A program made the position numbers and the translations under genes. A stretch of 60,144 nt of DNA, the filler included. It is 7 parts of 7 records of this genome, joined end to end, with 100 filler letters (N's around TTAATTAATTAA, not from the genome) between each part and the next. Parts side by side here need not be neighbours in the genome. Positions count along the whole stretch, not along the records: positions 17,224 to 28,785 come from SRR31147125_628; positions 28,886 to 36,613 come from SRR31147125_634; 5 more parts are not named here. One strand, 5' to 3'. Of this stretch, positions 21,559 through 31,739 are shown piece after piece. The notes under the pieces were generated by a model that saw nothing but the letters and a program-made list of their open reading frames with translations, was not told the DNA's origin and did not search any database. Position 1 is the first letter of the stretch, and each line of letters starts with the position of its first letter.

Positions 21559-22695
21559 ATGAGGTTTGAAATGTTATTCAAATCTATGAAAATCGCCACA
21601 AGCATGACGGTCATACTATTCCTTTTTCATTCATGCCAGCAAAAGCCTGCCGACAAGGATGCTTTGGCAGAAACAGACATGAGCTCGAATCAGATCCAAA
21701 ACGAAAAAAGAGTACCGGTTGAAGCCCTTGTCATCAAGGCAAAAAAACTTGAACAAAAGCTACCGCTAACAGGTGTGCTAAAACCCATTCATTCTGTTGA
21801 CATAATAGCCGAAGTTTCGGGCAAGGTAAAATCGATCAACAAAAAGTTGGGAGACACGGTATCCACAAAAGATACGCTGGCCATTATTGATGACAGGATT
21901 CCCCTCAGTCAGTACCGTCAGGCACACTCGCAAGTTTTATCCGCTGAGAATAATCTTAAAATCGCACAACTCAATCTAAAAAGCGATAAGGAATTGTTGG
22001 AAAACGAGGATATCTCGCAGTTGGCCTATGAAAATTCGTTACTGGCTGTAAAAACAGCTGAGGCCAGTCATCTTTCGGCGTTGGCGAATTTCAGCTTTCA
22101 GGAAAAACAATATCAGGATACAAGAATCGTCTCTCCTATCAAAGGTCTTATTTCCAGAAAATATATTGAATTAGGCACGATGGTCACTCCAAACATGCCT
22201 GTTTACCGTGTTGTTGATCTGTCGTTCTTAAAAATCGAGGTGAGCATTCCACAAACATTGATAAACCGCGTTCAGATTAGTAGCCAGGCTCAGATTATCA
22301 TTTCCGCACTCAACAATCAGGTTTTCAACGGTGTTGTTCGATATATATCACCTCAGGCAGATGAAAAATCCGGCGCGTTTACAGCTGAAACTCATGTTAA
22401 AAATTCGTCTGATTTAAAAATTCGTGCCGGAATGACAGCCAAAATAGATCTACACATAACCGGATCAGAAAAACGACTTGTCGTACCTGAATATGCTTTG
22501 GTTTCCAGAGACGATAAAAAATACGTTTACAAAATAGAGAAAAAGACCGCACGGTTAACCCCCATCTCCATCAATGAATCCTATGGCTCACAAATCCCTG
22601 TGGATAAAGGTTTAGCTGAAGGGGATTCCATCGTCATTGTCGGGATGAAAAACCTTGGAGTAGAAACCAAAGTAAACATTGAATCGATTCAATAA
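21559..22695 (+). CDS. RND efflux periplasmic adaptor (MFP)
   Basis: Lipobox-like HSC, AEVSGKV, SPIKG, IRAGM, GLAEGD. Confidence 0.9.
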   Translation: MRFEMLFKSMKIATSMTVILFLFHSCQQKPADKDALAETDMSSNQIQNEKRVPVEALVIKAKKLEQKLPLTGVLKPIHSVDIIAEVSGKVKSINKKLGDTVSTKDTLAIIDDRIPLSQYRQAHSQVLSAENNLKIAQLNLKSDKELLENEDISQLAYENSLLAVKTAEASHLSALANFSFQEKQYQDTRIVSPIKGLISRKYIELGTMVTPNMPVYRVVDLSFLKIEVSIPQTLINRVQISSQAQIIISALNNQVFNGVVRYISPQADEKSGAFTAETHVKNSSDLKIRAGMTAKIDLHITGSEKRLVVPEYALVSRDDKKYVYKIEKKTARLTPISINESYGSQIPVDKGLAEGDSIVIVGMKNLGVETKVNIESIQ

Positions 22696-22727
22696 AGTTG
22701 TGCCTGTCTAAAAGAGGTATTTAAATT

Positions 22728-25700
22728 ATGTCAATCGCCAACTTTTCCGTAAAAAATCCAGTACTCGTTAATTTATTAATGATTGGATTATTTATTCTTG
22801 GCACTGTATCATTATTTCGCATGCCTACAGAGTTGAATCCTCAGGTTGAATTTAACTGGGTCTTTGTTACGGTTATCTATTCAGGAGCGGCCCCAACGGA
22901 AATAGAAAACCTGATAGTCGACCCAATCGAATCCGAAATTCAGGATGTTGACAAAATTTCCGAAATCCAGTCCACTGCCGGAGAAGGCTATGGGTTTGTC
23001 CTTGTTAAATTTGAAGACATGTCGGACAGTGAATTTCGCGAGCGATTAGCTGACATTAAAACCGAGATTGACAAGGTTGACCTGCCTGAAGAAGCAGAGG
23101 ATCCACTCATTGAAGATTTTGACAGTGGTGATTTTTTACCCATTATCACAATAAATTTAGCATTTACGATTCCTGAGGATAATGCTCAAAAAATAGCGGA
23201 AGAATTTGAGGAAGATCTTAAAGATATTTCAGGCGTTGCCAAAGTCCAGGTTTCCGGATTTGCACAAAGAGAGATCTGGATTGAAGTCGATCCGGTTAAA
23301 TTGAACACCTTGCAGGTGACTTTTGATGAAATAATAATAGCCCTTAAAACACGGAATCTAAATATACCGGGCGGCAATATCACTTTTGGCAAATCAGAAT
23401 ATCTTATTCGGTCTTTGGGTGAATATGATTCCATATCTGAAATTGAAAACACCATCATCCGCATATCTGCTAATGGTGATTTTATAAAAATAAATGATGT
23501 GGCGACTGTGAATGATCGTCGTGAGGAGATGCCTATTCTCTCACGAATGAATGGTTTGAATTCTATTACCTTTTCAATATCCAAGAAAAGTGATTCCAAT
23601 TCTATTGAAGTTATTGATCAAATAAAAGAGGTTGTCCGGGAATATGAGGCAACCGTGCCGGATGGTATTAATTTTGGCTGGACCAATGACAATTCCGTCT
23701 ATATAAATCGCATCATCAGAGTATTGCGTAACAACGCAATCACCGGTATGGTGCTGATTTTTCTTGTGCTCTTTTTATTTCTGGGCAAAAGTAATGCCTT
23801 TTTAGCTTCTTTAGGCATCCCAATCTCATTTTTTGTGACTTTTATTTTCATGTATGCCTTTGGCTATTCATTGAATGGCAGTACGTTATTTGCGCTTGTT
23901 ATGGTTTTGGGTATTATTGTTGATGATGCCATCATTGTTATTGAAAATTGTCATAGACACCGATTATCCGGTCATAATTCGATAAATGCGGCGGTGATCG
24001 GTACGAACCAGGTAGCAAGACCTATTCTGTCCTCAATTGGCACCAACATTGCCGCCTTTTTGCCATTAATACTCCTTCCCGGCATTATGGGAAAATTCAT
24101 GCGTATTATTCCCCTGGTGTTTTCACTTGCTCTTATTGCTTCATTATTCGAAGCTTTCTTCCTTCTTCCCTCCCATTATGCGGATTGGACTATCGGATCA
24201 TCCATTTATAAAAAGGGAGAAAAAAGATTTTTTCTGGTCCTGCAAAAAGCATATGGACACTTTTTAATTAACGTTCTAAGAAAACGATACCTGGTGCTAT
24301 TCATTCTGATTCTTCTCCTGATATCGTCCATAGCTCTGATCCCATTCATAGGTGTCGAAATGTTTGGAGATGAAGATTTTGACCAATTTGCTGTCCTGGT
24401 CAAATTTCCCGAAGGCACCAGTCTTGAAGAATCAAATCGCATAATGAAAAAATTTGAAGCCGAGGCGCTAAAATTACCCAAGTCAGAAATTCAGGATGTG
24501 ATCGTGAATGTTGGTCTGTTACAAGGTAACGAGGAGTGGCTCACCAAAAAGAATGTGGCTCAGATTATCGTTCAGCTCAAGCCGAAAGAGGATAGGTCCA
24601 AAACAATCGATAAAACGCTTGATATGATGCGAAATAGCGTTCAATCGATAAGTGGACCTATTTCATTAGAGTTTGAAAAGGTATCAGGTGGCCCGCCTGT
24701 CGGGAAACCCATTTCCGTAAAGGTCCAGGGTAAATATCTCGATGACATAAAAATGGCTTCATTGGCTTTACAGGATTCCATACGAACGATCAAAGGTACT
24801 TTTGATATCAGTGACGATTTTCCACCTGGAAAACAGGAAATAAAAATCATCGTCGATGAAGATAAAGCAGCACTTTTAGGATTTAACACACAATATGTCG
24901 CCATGAATGTTCGATATGCATTTGATGGTATAGAAGCAACCGAATATCGGGATGGCGACGATGAGATCGATGTCATTGTTAAATACAGTCAAAACAACCG
25001 CGCCTCTGTACAGGATGTCCTAAATCTGCAACTTTCAAACGCGTCCGGCCAAACTGTGGCACTCAGAGATATGGTCAAATTTGATATCAGACCTGGTCCA
25101 ACTGAGATTAAAAGATTTGACCAAAAACGAACCATTATGGTCACCGGTGAAATAAACGAGACGGAAACAAGCCTTGATGAAGTAAATCTAAGCCTGAGTA
25201 AATTCTTTCCTCAAATTGAAAAAGAATTCCCGGGTGTCACGATCGAAATAGGCGGCCAATTTGAAGAATTTCTCAATATTTTCCAGGATATCACTTCTCT
25301 TTTTATTATAAGCCTCATTCTGATTTTTTTAATTCTTGGTTTTCAATTCAATTCCTACACTCAACCCCTGGTGATTCTGACAACCGTACCATTTGCCATC
25401 ATCGGCGCTATGCTTGGATTACTTGTATCAGGCAATCCATTCAGTATTATTTCTTTATACGGATTTGTTGCTCTGGCTGGTATCGTTGTAAATGATGCCA
25501 TCGTTATGGTGGATTTTATTAACAAACGTCGCCAGGGCGATAATCTGAGCCGATTGAAATACTGGAGAAGTCTTGTTTACTCTGGTCGTATTCGTTTGCG
25601 GCCAATCATTCTGACGTCCTTAACAACCATATCAGGACTGCTTCCCATGGCATTTGGTATTGGCGGAACATCTGAGATGTGGTCACCATTGGCAAATGTT

Positions 25701-25805
25701 ATACTGTTTGGCTTGTTAATTTCAACCATTTTAACACTCCTGGCTGTTCCATGTTTTATTAGTATTTTGGATGATATCAAACGCACCAGGAAAAAACTTG
25801 AATAA
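22728..25805 (+). CDS. RND efflux permease (AcrB/AcrD/AcrF family)
   Basis: 1025 aa, 12-TM pattern, GIIVDDAIIVIEN and RLRPIILTSLTT motifs. Confidence 0.95.
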   Translation: MSIANFSVKNPVLVNLLMIGLFILGTVSLFRMPTELNPQVEFNWVFVTVIYSGAAPTEIENLIVDPIESEIQDVDKISEIQSTAGEGYGFVLVKFEDMSDSEFRERLADIKTEIDKVDLPEEAEDPLIEDFDSGDFLPIITINLAFTIPEDNAQKIAEEFEEDLKDISGVAKVQVSGFAQREIWIEVDPVKLNTLQVTFDEIIIALKTRNLNIPGGNITFGKSEYLIRSLGEYDSISEIENTIIRISANGDFIKINDVATVNDRREEMPILSRMNGLNSITFSISKKSDSNSIEVIDQIKEVVREYEATVPDGINFGWTNDNSVYINRIIRVLRNNAITGMVLIFLVLFLFLGKSNAFLASLGIPISFFVTFIFMYAFGYSLNGSTLFALVMVLGIIVDDAIIVIENCHRHRLSGHNSINAAVIGTNQVARPILSSIGTNIAAFLPLILLPGIMGKFMRIIPLVFSLALIASLFEAFFLLPSHYADWTIGSSIYKKGEKRFFLVLQKAYGHFLINVLRKRYLVLFILILLLISSIALIPFIGVEMFGDEDFDQFAVLVKFPEGTSLEESNRIMKKFEAEALKLPKSEIQDVIVNVGLLQGNEEWLTKKNVAQIIVQLKPKEDRSKTIDKTLDMMRNSVQSISGPISLEFEKVSGGPPVGKPISVKVQGKYLDDIKMASLALQDSIRTIKGTFDISDDFPPGKQEIKIIVDEDKAALLGFNTQYVAMNVRYAFDGIEATEYRDGDDEIDVIVKYSQNNRASVQDVLNLQLSNASGQTVALRDMVKFDIRPGPTEIKRFDQKRTIMVTGEINETETSLDEVNLSLSKFFPQIEKEFPGVTIEIGGQFEEFLNIFQDITSLFIISLILIFLILGFQFNSYTQPLVILTTVPFAIIGAMLGLLVSGNPFSIISLYGFVALAGIVVNDAIVMVDFINKRRQGDNLSRLKYWRSLVYSGRIRLRPIILTSLTTISGLLPMAFGIGGTSEMWSPLANVILFGLLISTILTLLAVPCFISILDDIKRTRKKLE

Positions 25806-25917
25806 AAATGCACAACAATCAAAAGAATCCAGGGAACCATTTTGTTGTTTCATTGCCATTTTTAGGTTCGCTTTCTTTTGTTCGAGCGCATTTAAAACAA
25901 ATGAATTTAAAAATATC

Positions 25918-25946
25918 TTGACTATTTACGAATTTTTTGTTAAGCT
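25918..25946 (+). promoter_or_regulatory. Putative sigma70 promoter for ssb
   Basis: TTGACT, 17 nt, TAAGCT with an extended TG, about 50 nt upstream of the ssb ATG. Confidence 0.45.
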
Positions 25947-25995
25947 TTGAAGCTTAATTAACAAGAATTTTTCATTTTTTTTGAGAGGGGGCCCC

Positions 25996-26439
25996 ATGGC
26001 ATATGACAGCAAAGGCACTCTTAACAAAGTGATGCTCATTGGTCGCTTAGGCTCTGACCCGGAGTTAAAATATACGGCTTCAGGCGCAGCCGTTTTGACT
26101 ATCAATGTGGCAACAAATACCAGTTATAAATCTCAGGATGGAAATCAAACAGACCTTACAGAATGGAATCGCGTGGTTATCTGGCGCAAACTGGCAGAAA
26201 TTATTGCCCAATATGCAAAAAAGGGAAACCGGGTGTATGTTGAGGGACGTTTGCAAACCAGATCATGGGATGATAAAGATGGTAATAAAAGGTACACGAC
26301 GGAAATAGTGGCTGATAATATGCAGTTACTGGAAAGTCGTGCAACAGGTGGCGCCACAGAGACATCTGCCCCACCAACACCTTCGGACGTTGATTATTCT
26401 CAACCCACAGCTGATGAGGGAGATGATCTTCCTTTCTAG
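25996..26439 (+). CDS. ssb: Single-stranded DNA-binding protein
   Basis: [22 protein letters not shown], acidic tail DDLPF. Confidence 0.97.
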   Translation: MAYDSKGTLNKVMLIGRLGSDPELKYTASGAAVLTINVATNTSYKSQDGNQTDLTEWNRVVIWRKLAEIIAQYAKKGNRVYVEGRLQTRSWDDKDGNKRYTTEIVADNMQLLESRATGGATETSAPPTPSDVDYSQPTADEGDDLPF

Positions 26440-26588
26440 ACCATCAACAACATTTGTCCGGCACATGACAGCAAAAGAATATGACTGATGTCTTGCTGGT
26501 TATCTGTCTTAATTTATTATCGTTTGAATTGAGAATAAAAATCCGAGGTCTTTTGACTTTGGATTTTTTTTCTCTGAAGGAGGTGGCT

Positions 26589-26993
26589 TTGTCTCACTAT
26601 TCAGATTTAATCAGACAAGCACAAAAAGCTCTGGAATTTGCACACGCTCCTTTTTCACATTTTTCTGTTGGGGCCGCTGTACGCACCCACACCGGTAAAG
26701 TTGTCAAAGGCTGTAATGTTGAAAACAGTTCTTATGGACTTTCAATGTGTGCCGAAAGAATTGCCATATTTAAGGCGATATCTGAGGGAGAGAATAAATT
26801 CCAGGCTGTTGCGATTGTCTCATCCAATGGTAAATTGTGCCCACCATGTGGAGCCTGCAGACAGGTTTTGTGGGATCTTGCGGGAGATATCGATGTGGTG
26901 ATGGAAGACGAAAACAATACGATTCATGTACATAAACTTTCAAAATTATTGCCTTACGCTTTTGACCAGGGATTTTTACCGGATGAACAATAG
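26589..26993 (+). CDS. cdd: Cytidine deaminase (homotetrameric type)
   Basis: NVENSSYGLSMCAE and PCGACRQ zinc motifs. TTG start after AAGGAGG; the ORF is open from 26481. Confidence 0.93.
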   Translation: MSHYSDLIRQAQKALEFAHAPFSHFSVGAAVRTHTGKVVKGCNVENSSYGLSMCAERIAIFKAISEGENKFQAVAIVSSNGKLCPPCGACRQVLWDLAGDIDVVMEDENNTIHVHKLSKLLPYAFDQGFLPDEQ

Positions 26994-27609
26994 AAATAAG
27001 AAAAAAAGTACTTTTATTCTGGGTGTTGCAGGTGCATCCGGCTCTGGCAAAAGTTTTTTTGCCGATCGGATTTTTTCATCTTTAACATCAAGGAAGGTCA
27101 TTATCCTTTCGCAGGATTATTACTATAAAGATTTATCGTCGATTCCTCCTGCACAAAGAGCTTTGTATAATTTCGATCATCCGGATGCCATTGATTTTGA
27201 CTTGCTCATTGAACATATCGGGTTACTTAAAAAGCACCAATCCATACAACACCCAATCTATGATTTCACTGTTCACAACCGTAAAAAAGAATCTGTCACT
27301 GCAGGTCCGGCAGACATTGTCATCATCGATGGGATCTTAATCTATGCGCTGCCAGAGATTAGAGATCTATTCGATTTTAAAGTTTATATTGAGACACCTG
27401 CGGACATCTGTTTTATTCGTCGCCTGCAACGTGATACACTGGAAAGGGGCCGTACGATGGAATCCGTTATTTCACAATACCTGGAAACCGTCAGACCCAT
27501 GTATGAACGTTTTGTATTACCAACCAGAAAATATTCAGACCTGGTCACCAGAGGTGAAGGTGATATGGAAAAAGCACTACAACTTATCTTGCAGGAAAAG
27601 CTAAGATAA
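26983..27609 (+). CDS. udk: Uridine kinase
   Basis: GASGSGKS, QDYYYK, NFDHPDA, RRLQRD..ERGR. Confidence 0.93.
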   Translation: MNNRNKKKSTFILGVAGASGSGKSFFADRIFSSLTSRKVIILSQDYYYKDLSSIPPAQRALYNFDHPDAIDFDLLIEHIGLLKKHQSIQHPIYDFTVHNRKKESVTAGPADIVIIDGILIYALPEIRDLFDFKVYIETPADICFIRRLQRDTLERGRTMESVISQYLETVRPMYERFVLPTRKYSDLVTRGEGDMEKALQLILQEKLR

Positions 27610-27679
27610 AAACTAAAATACCGTCATATACCGATAGTCAAGAGAATAATACTTTTTTACATTTTTTAGTAAGATTAAA

Positions 27680-27895
27680 ATGGTGCATTTGGGAAAAATA
27701 TTATTTATAACCGGGCTCTTGATCGCCCTGGTCGGCGTCGTTATTCTGATAACAAACCGATCAGGACTACATTTCGGCAAACTACCGGGAGATATTCTTT
27801 TTAAAAAAGGTCATGTAACCATCTATGTCCCGATTGTTACTTCTATTATTTTTTCGATCGTGATCTCTTTCATATTATGGCTATTGAGAAAATAG
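27680..27895 (+). CDS. DUF2905-family small membrane protein
   Basis: 71 aa, two TM helices, GKLPGDI and YVPIVTSI motifs. Confidence 0.85.
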   Translation: MVHLGKILFITGLLIALVGVVILITNRSGLHFGKLPGDILFKKGHVTIYVPIVTSIIFSIVISFILWLLRK

Positions 27896-28011
27896 AAATT
27901 CTTTTTCTACCATTTGTGCGAAATAGATGCTATTACCTGACTTTTCATCTTTCAATGAATATGATTTAACAATTATTCCAGTACTTTCGATTATACTAAA
28001 GGAGAGATTTC

Positions 28012-28584
28012 ATGCTACATATTGCGCCAAAAGGAATTGGATGGATTGAAGTCATTTGTGGTCCCATGTTTAGCGGCAAAACCGAGGAACTGATTCGTCG
28101 AATAAGAAGAGCTGAATTTGCCAGATTAAAAACGATTATTTTCAAACCGCAAATTGATGATCGTTATTCAAAAAACGATGTTGTCTCTCATAACGCCCAG
28201 CGTATTTCCTCAACACCTATTTCATCCGCTGATGAAATTAAAGATAAAGCAATGGATGCCCAGGTCATTGGCATTGATGAAGCACAATTTTTTGGTATGG
28301 AATTAATTGATATTGCACAAGATCTCGCGGATCAAGGGAAACGTGTTATAATAGCCGGACTGGATCAGGATTATACCGGCAAACCATTTGAACCGATTCC
28401 TCAACTTTTGGCGATAGCAGAATACATTACAAAAACCCTGGCCATTTGCGTCAAATGCGGCAACCCGGCAAACAGAACGCAACGGCTTAGTACAGATGCT
28501 GAACGTGTTGTTGTTGGTGCCACGGATATTTATGAGGCACGCTGCCGCTTTTGCCATGAAATATTCGTTTCGGATAAAAAATAA
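28012..28584 (+). CDS. tdk: Thymidine kinase
   Basis: [23 protein letters not shown], zinc motifs CVKC and YEARCRFC. Confidence 0.96.
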   Translation: MLHIAPKGIGWIEVICGPMFSGKTEELIRRIRRAEFARLKTIIFKPQIDDRYSKNDVVSHNAQRISSTPISSADEIKDKAMDAQVIGIDEAQFFGMELIDIAQDLADQGKRVIIAGLDQDYTGKPFEPIPQLLAIAEYITKTLAICVKCGNPANRTQRLSTDAERVVVGATDIYEARCRFCHEIFVSDKK

Positions 28585-28608
28585 ACGCACCCATTACAGG
28601 AGTTATCC

Positions 28609-28785
28609 ATGAGATTTATTGGTTTAATCGGAATAGCCGTTTTACTGGGCATTGCCTATCTTTTCTCAACAAACAAAAAAGCTGTCAAACCTCGTATCCT
28701 GATCTGGGGTCTTTCATTACAAGTTCTATTTGCACTGATTATCCTAAGTGAGTCTATATTATCCTGGACCGGGATGTTTCTTTTT
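28609..28785 (+). CDS. nupC: NupC/CNT-family nucleoside transporter, 5' fragment
   Basis: GLIGIAVLLGIAYLFS.NKKAV...WGLSLQ is typical of a CNT N-terminus; salvage-gene context; truncated. Confidence 0.8.
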
Positions 28786-28885
28786 NNNNNNNNNNNNNNN
28801 NNNNNNNNNNNNNNNNNNNNNNNNNNNNNTTAATTAATTAANNNNNNNNNNNNNNNNNNNNNNNNNNNNNNNNNNNNNNNNNNNN
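28786..28885. other. Artificial contig spacer
   Basis: N44-TTAATTAATTAA-N44. Confidence 0.99.
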
Positions 28886-28887
28886 AT

Positions 28888-29487
28888 AGGGATACTGATC
28901 TAAGGTTGTTCTTGTTTAATATTTTTAAACACAAGCCAGATCTGCGCAACGATTTTGATTATCCACCATTAACAAAATTTTACCTTAAAAAGGTGCCATT
29001 TATGTTTTTTGGAGGGAAAAATTCAAAAGTAAGGTTGCACCAGGATATGGATTGGTCGAATGTATTTCTTACCCAACTGCATGGCCGAAAAGAAGTAGTA
29101 TTGTTCCACCCAAAATACTCAAAATTACTCTACCGATATCCATTTGGAGTGCATAGTTCTGTTGATGTAGAAAATCCGGACTATGATAAGTTTCCGGCTT
29201 TAAAACATGTAGAAGGGATGCGTTGTATTTTAGAACCCGGAGATACCCTTTTTGTTCCAAGTGGCCATTGGCACTATATAAAATATCTAGACGGTGGATA
29301 TGCCATTAACCAACGCGCTCTTAATCCCAATCAATTGTATTGGCTAAAAGGATTATGGCATGTCGCTGTTTTATCTACTATTGATGATATTATGAGGTAT
29401 TTCTTTGGAGACAATTGGTTTAAAAGAAAAGCAAAAAAAAGTAAAGACCTGGCTGAACTTGAAATGGCAAAGGTTGCTATTGCTTAG
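28888..29487 (+). CDS. JmjC/cupin-like Fe(II)/2-oxoglutarate oxygenase, 5'-truncated
   Basis: FFGG....LHQD, GRK, LEPGDTLFVPSGHWH (HxD...H facial triad). Confidence 0.85.
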   Translation, partial: RDTDLRLFLFNIFKHKPDLRNDFDYPPLTKFYLKKVPFMFFGGKNSKVRLHQDMDWSNVFLTQLHGRKEVVLFHPKYSKLLYRYPFGVHSSVDVENPDYDKFPALKHVEGMRCILEPGDTLFVPSGHWHYIKYLDGGYAINQRALNPNQLYWLKGLWHVAVLSTIDDIMRYFFGDNWFKRKAKKSKDLAELEMAKVAIA

Positions 29488-29527
29488 TAGAAAGTTAATA
29501 TGTTTAATCTTTAATTCGTTTCGCATT

Positions 29528-29728
29528 ATGTTAGAGCATCAAAAAATAGTTTTAAAAGGAGTGTGTAATGACAAAAGATTATTTAAAAAAGAATTAATTA
29601 AATCACTTGCATGGTTAAATGCTCATGAGCTTACTCAATTAAGATTGTGGTTGCGTGAGAATTTTTACCATCAACATGCTGATGTTATAAAGGAAGTATT
29701 ATATCCAAAATATCAGGTTGCTTCATAA
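29528..29728 (+). CDS. Small conserved hypothetical protein of Bacteroidota type (66 aa)
   Basis: MLEHQK.VL..V..D..LFKKEL.K...WL pattern, followed by a terminator. Confidence 0.7.
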   Translation: MLEHQKIVLKGVCNDKRLFKKELIKSLAWLNAHELTQLRLWLRENFYHQHADVIKEVLYPKYQVAS

Positions 29729-29751
29729 TAATTCAAAGTTCGTTTTAGTAC

Positions 29752-29787
29752 ACTGCCAGTTCATTTATACAATAAAGAACTGGCAGT
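29752..29787. terminator. Intrinsic terminator between convergent genes
   Basis: ACTGCCAGTTC / GAACTGGCAGT 11-bp inverted repeat. Confidence 0.7.
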
Positions 29788-29818
29788 TTCTATTATAAAC
29801 CAAAACAACCTTAAGACT

Positions 29819-30778
29819 TTATTTTATTTCTTGCCGCATAAAACTAACATAAGACAAAACAAAGCAAAGTACCGTAAAAGAAATAAGTACTATTAGTTGA
29901 GGCCAAACTAACAGCAAACTCTGTCCAGCAGGAATAGGATTAGGTATTGCTCCTTGCATTTGTTGCATTGTTAAAGGCCCCAAACTCCGAATAGAAGGTA
30001 TTAACAATCCTGTAGACGCATCACTAAATAATTGATTTGGCGCAAATCGCAAAACACCAAGTTTTATGTTTTCTCCTGCCACAGATAAATTACCCGACGG
30101 AACAAGCGCCTTAAATATTACATCTACAATCATGGAATAAAAGACAGAAAAAAACAACCAAACCCCAATACTTGTTAACGCAGAAGTTGCTGATTGCTGA
30201 AATTTAACTGAAAATAAAATTGAGAGATTTAGCCAAAAAGCTATATAAATAACCCCGGCAAACGTAAACAGGATAATTCGCGCAAATTCTTCGGGTGTTG
30301 GCGGAATACCTATTGACACAAGCCCTATTCCCATTACTGAAAAACTTAGGGAGAATAACATTGCAGTAATAATAATTAACGATGCAATGAACTTTGCATT
30401 AATAAAATAATCTCTTGGAATTGGTTGTGCCATTATTCGACTAATCGTACCTCTTGCGTACTCAGAATTTACAGCATCAAAACCTAAACTTATACCTAAT
30501 AATGGTCCCAGAAAGGCAATAAAAATAAAATACGATGGAAGCGTTCCGTCTGAAACCGTATATAATTTTAAAAAAACATATATATCTTCAGGTTTCGCAT
30601 TTTTTAAAGCTTCACTAATGTTTGTTAGTGCAGAATACATCGAACCTAAGCAGGTTAATGCAATAATTGAAATTAGAATATAAAATCTCCAGCTTTTAAT
30701 ATGATCAGCAATTTCCTTATTAACGATAACCCAAAATGGATTAATTGTTTCTTTCTTGCTTAAAATATTAATTTTCAT
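29819..30778 (-). CDS. ABC-2 type transporter permease
   Basis: Six-TM pattern; GFDAVNSE...GT...MAQPIPR motif. Confidence 0.9.
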   Translation of the reverse strand: MKINILSKKETINPFWVIVNKEIADHIKSWRFYILISIIALTCLGSMYSALTNISEALKNAKPEDIYVFLKLYTVSDGTLPSYFIFIAFLGPLLGISLGFDAVNSEYARGTISRIMAQPIPRDYFINAKFIASLIIITAMLFSLSFSVMGIGLVSIGIPPTPEEFARIILFTFAGVIYIAFWLNLSILFSVKFQQSATSALTSIGVWLFFSVFYSMIVDVIFKALVPSGNLSVAGENIKLGVLRFAPNQLFSDASTGLLIPSIRSLGPLTMQQMQGAIPNPIPAGQSLLLVWPQLIVLISFTVLCFVLSYVSFMRQEIK

Positions 30779-31736
30779 GGTTTATACCTCCTTCAAAATA
30801 TTTATTATAAATATCATCAAGCCCGTATTCCTTTTTTATCAGGGAGAGAAGTCCCAGGTTTCTATCCACAATTGTTTTTGCTATTTCTGCACTTACATCA
30901 TCTACACACTCAATATAACAAGTACCACTGTCGACCATTACATCAGTAATACCATTCAATTTCTTTAATGCATTACCAATATCATAATCATTACTGTTTT
31001 TATTTCTCAATTCTTTTATGCCTGCTTCAATCATTATGGGACTTCCAGAAAATAATTTCTCAGAAAGGCTTTGGATATTTCCTTCAGCAATTAATTTTCC
31101 TTTTACAAATAGGCCTACTTTATCGCAAACCTGTTGCACCTGATGAAGATGATGCGATGAAAACAAAACGGTAATCCCATCTCGTTTGCTTAAATCAACA
31201 ATCTGCCCGAGCAATTCTTTCATCCCTTTGGGATCGAGTCCGAGAGTAGGTTCGTCCAGAATAATTACCTTGGGTTGCTTTATAAGAACATCAGCCAAAC
31301 CCAGGCGCTGTTTCATACCCCTTGAATATGCTCCTGTCTTTTTGTTTGCATCTTGTTCCAAACCAACCATTTTGAGCAATTCCTTTGTCCTTTTTTGGGC
31401 TTCACTATTTATTAGTTTATTTAGTCGAGCTGTATATATTAAATTGTCAAAACCCGACATGTTGTTATAAAACCCAACATCTTCGGGCAAGTACCCAACT
31501 TTTTGTTTTACTTCTATTGGATGTTTTGCTGATGATAATCCACATACATTCACAGCACCTCCAGTTGGCTCTGTTAGTCCCAATATCATGCGAATTGTAG
31601 TTGATTTTCCTGCTCCATTTGGTCCCAGAAGGCCAAATATCTCTCCTTCTTTGATACTCAAGTTAAGGTCATCAACTACCGTTACAGAGCCGTATTTCTT
31701 CGTTAGCCCTGTAATCTCAATTATATTATTATCCAT
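30768..31736 (-). CDS. ABC transporter ATP-binding protein
   Basis: GPNGAGKST, YSRGMKQR, ILDEPT, SSH. Confidence 0.95.
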   Translation of the reverse strand: MDNNIIEITGLTKKYGSVTVVDDLNLSIKEGEIFGLLGPNGAGKSTTIRMILGLTEPTGGAVNVCGLSSAKHPIEVKQKVGYLPEDVGFYNNMSGFDNLIYTARLNKLINSEAQKRTKELLKMVGLEQDANKKTGAYSRGMKQRLGLADVLIKQPKVIILDEPTLGLDPKGMKELLGQIVDLSKRDGITVLFSSHHLHQVQQVCDKVGLFVKGKLIAEGNIQSLSEKLFSGSPIMIEAGIKELRNKNSNDYDIGNALKKLNGITDVMVDSGTCYIECVDDVSAEIAKTIVDRNLGLLSLIKKEYGLDDIYNKYFEGGINHEN

Positions 31737-31739
31737 GAT

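Noticed and set aside
25996-28584. ssb, tdk and deaminase as phage or defence nucleotide-depletion genes
   Set aside because: They are typical cellular sequences in a salvage operon with a nucleoside transporter, with no viral hallmark genes.
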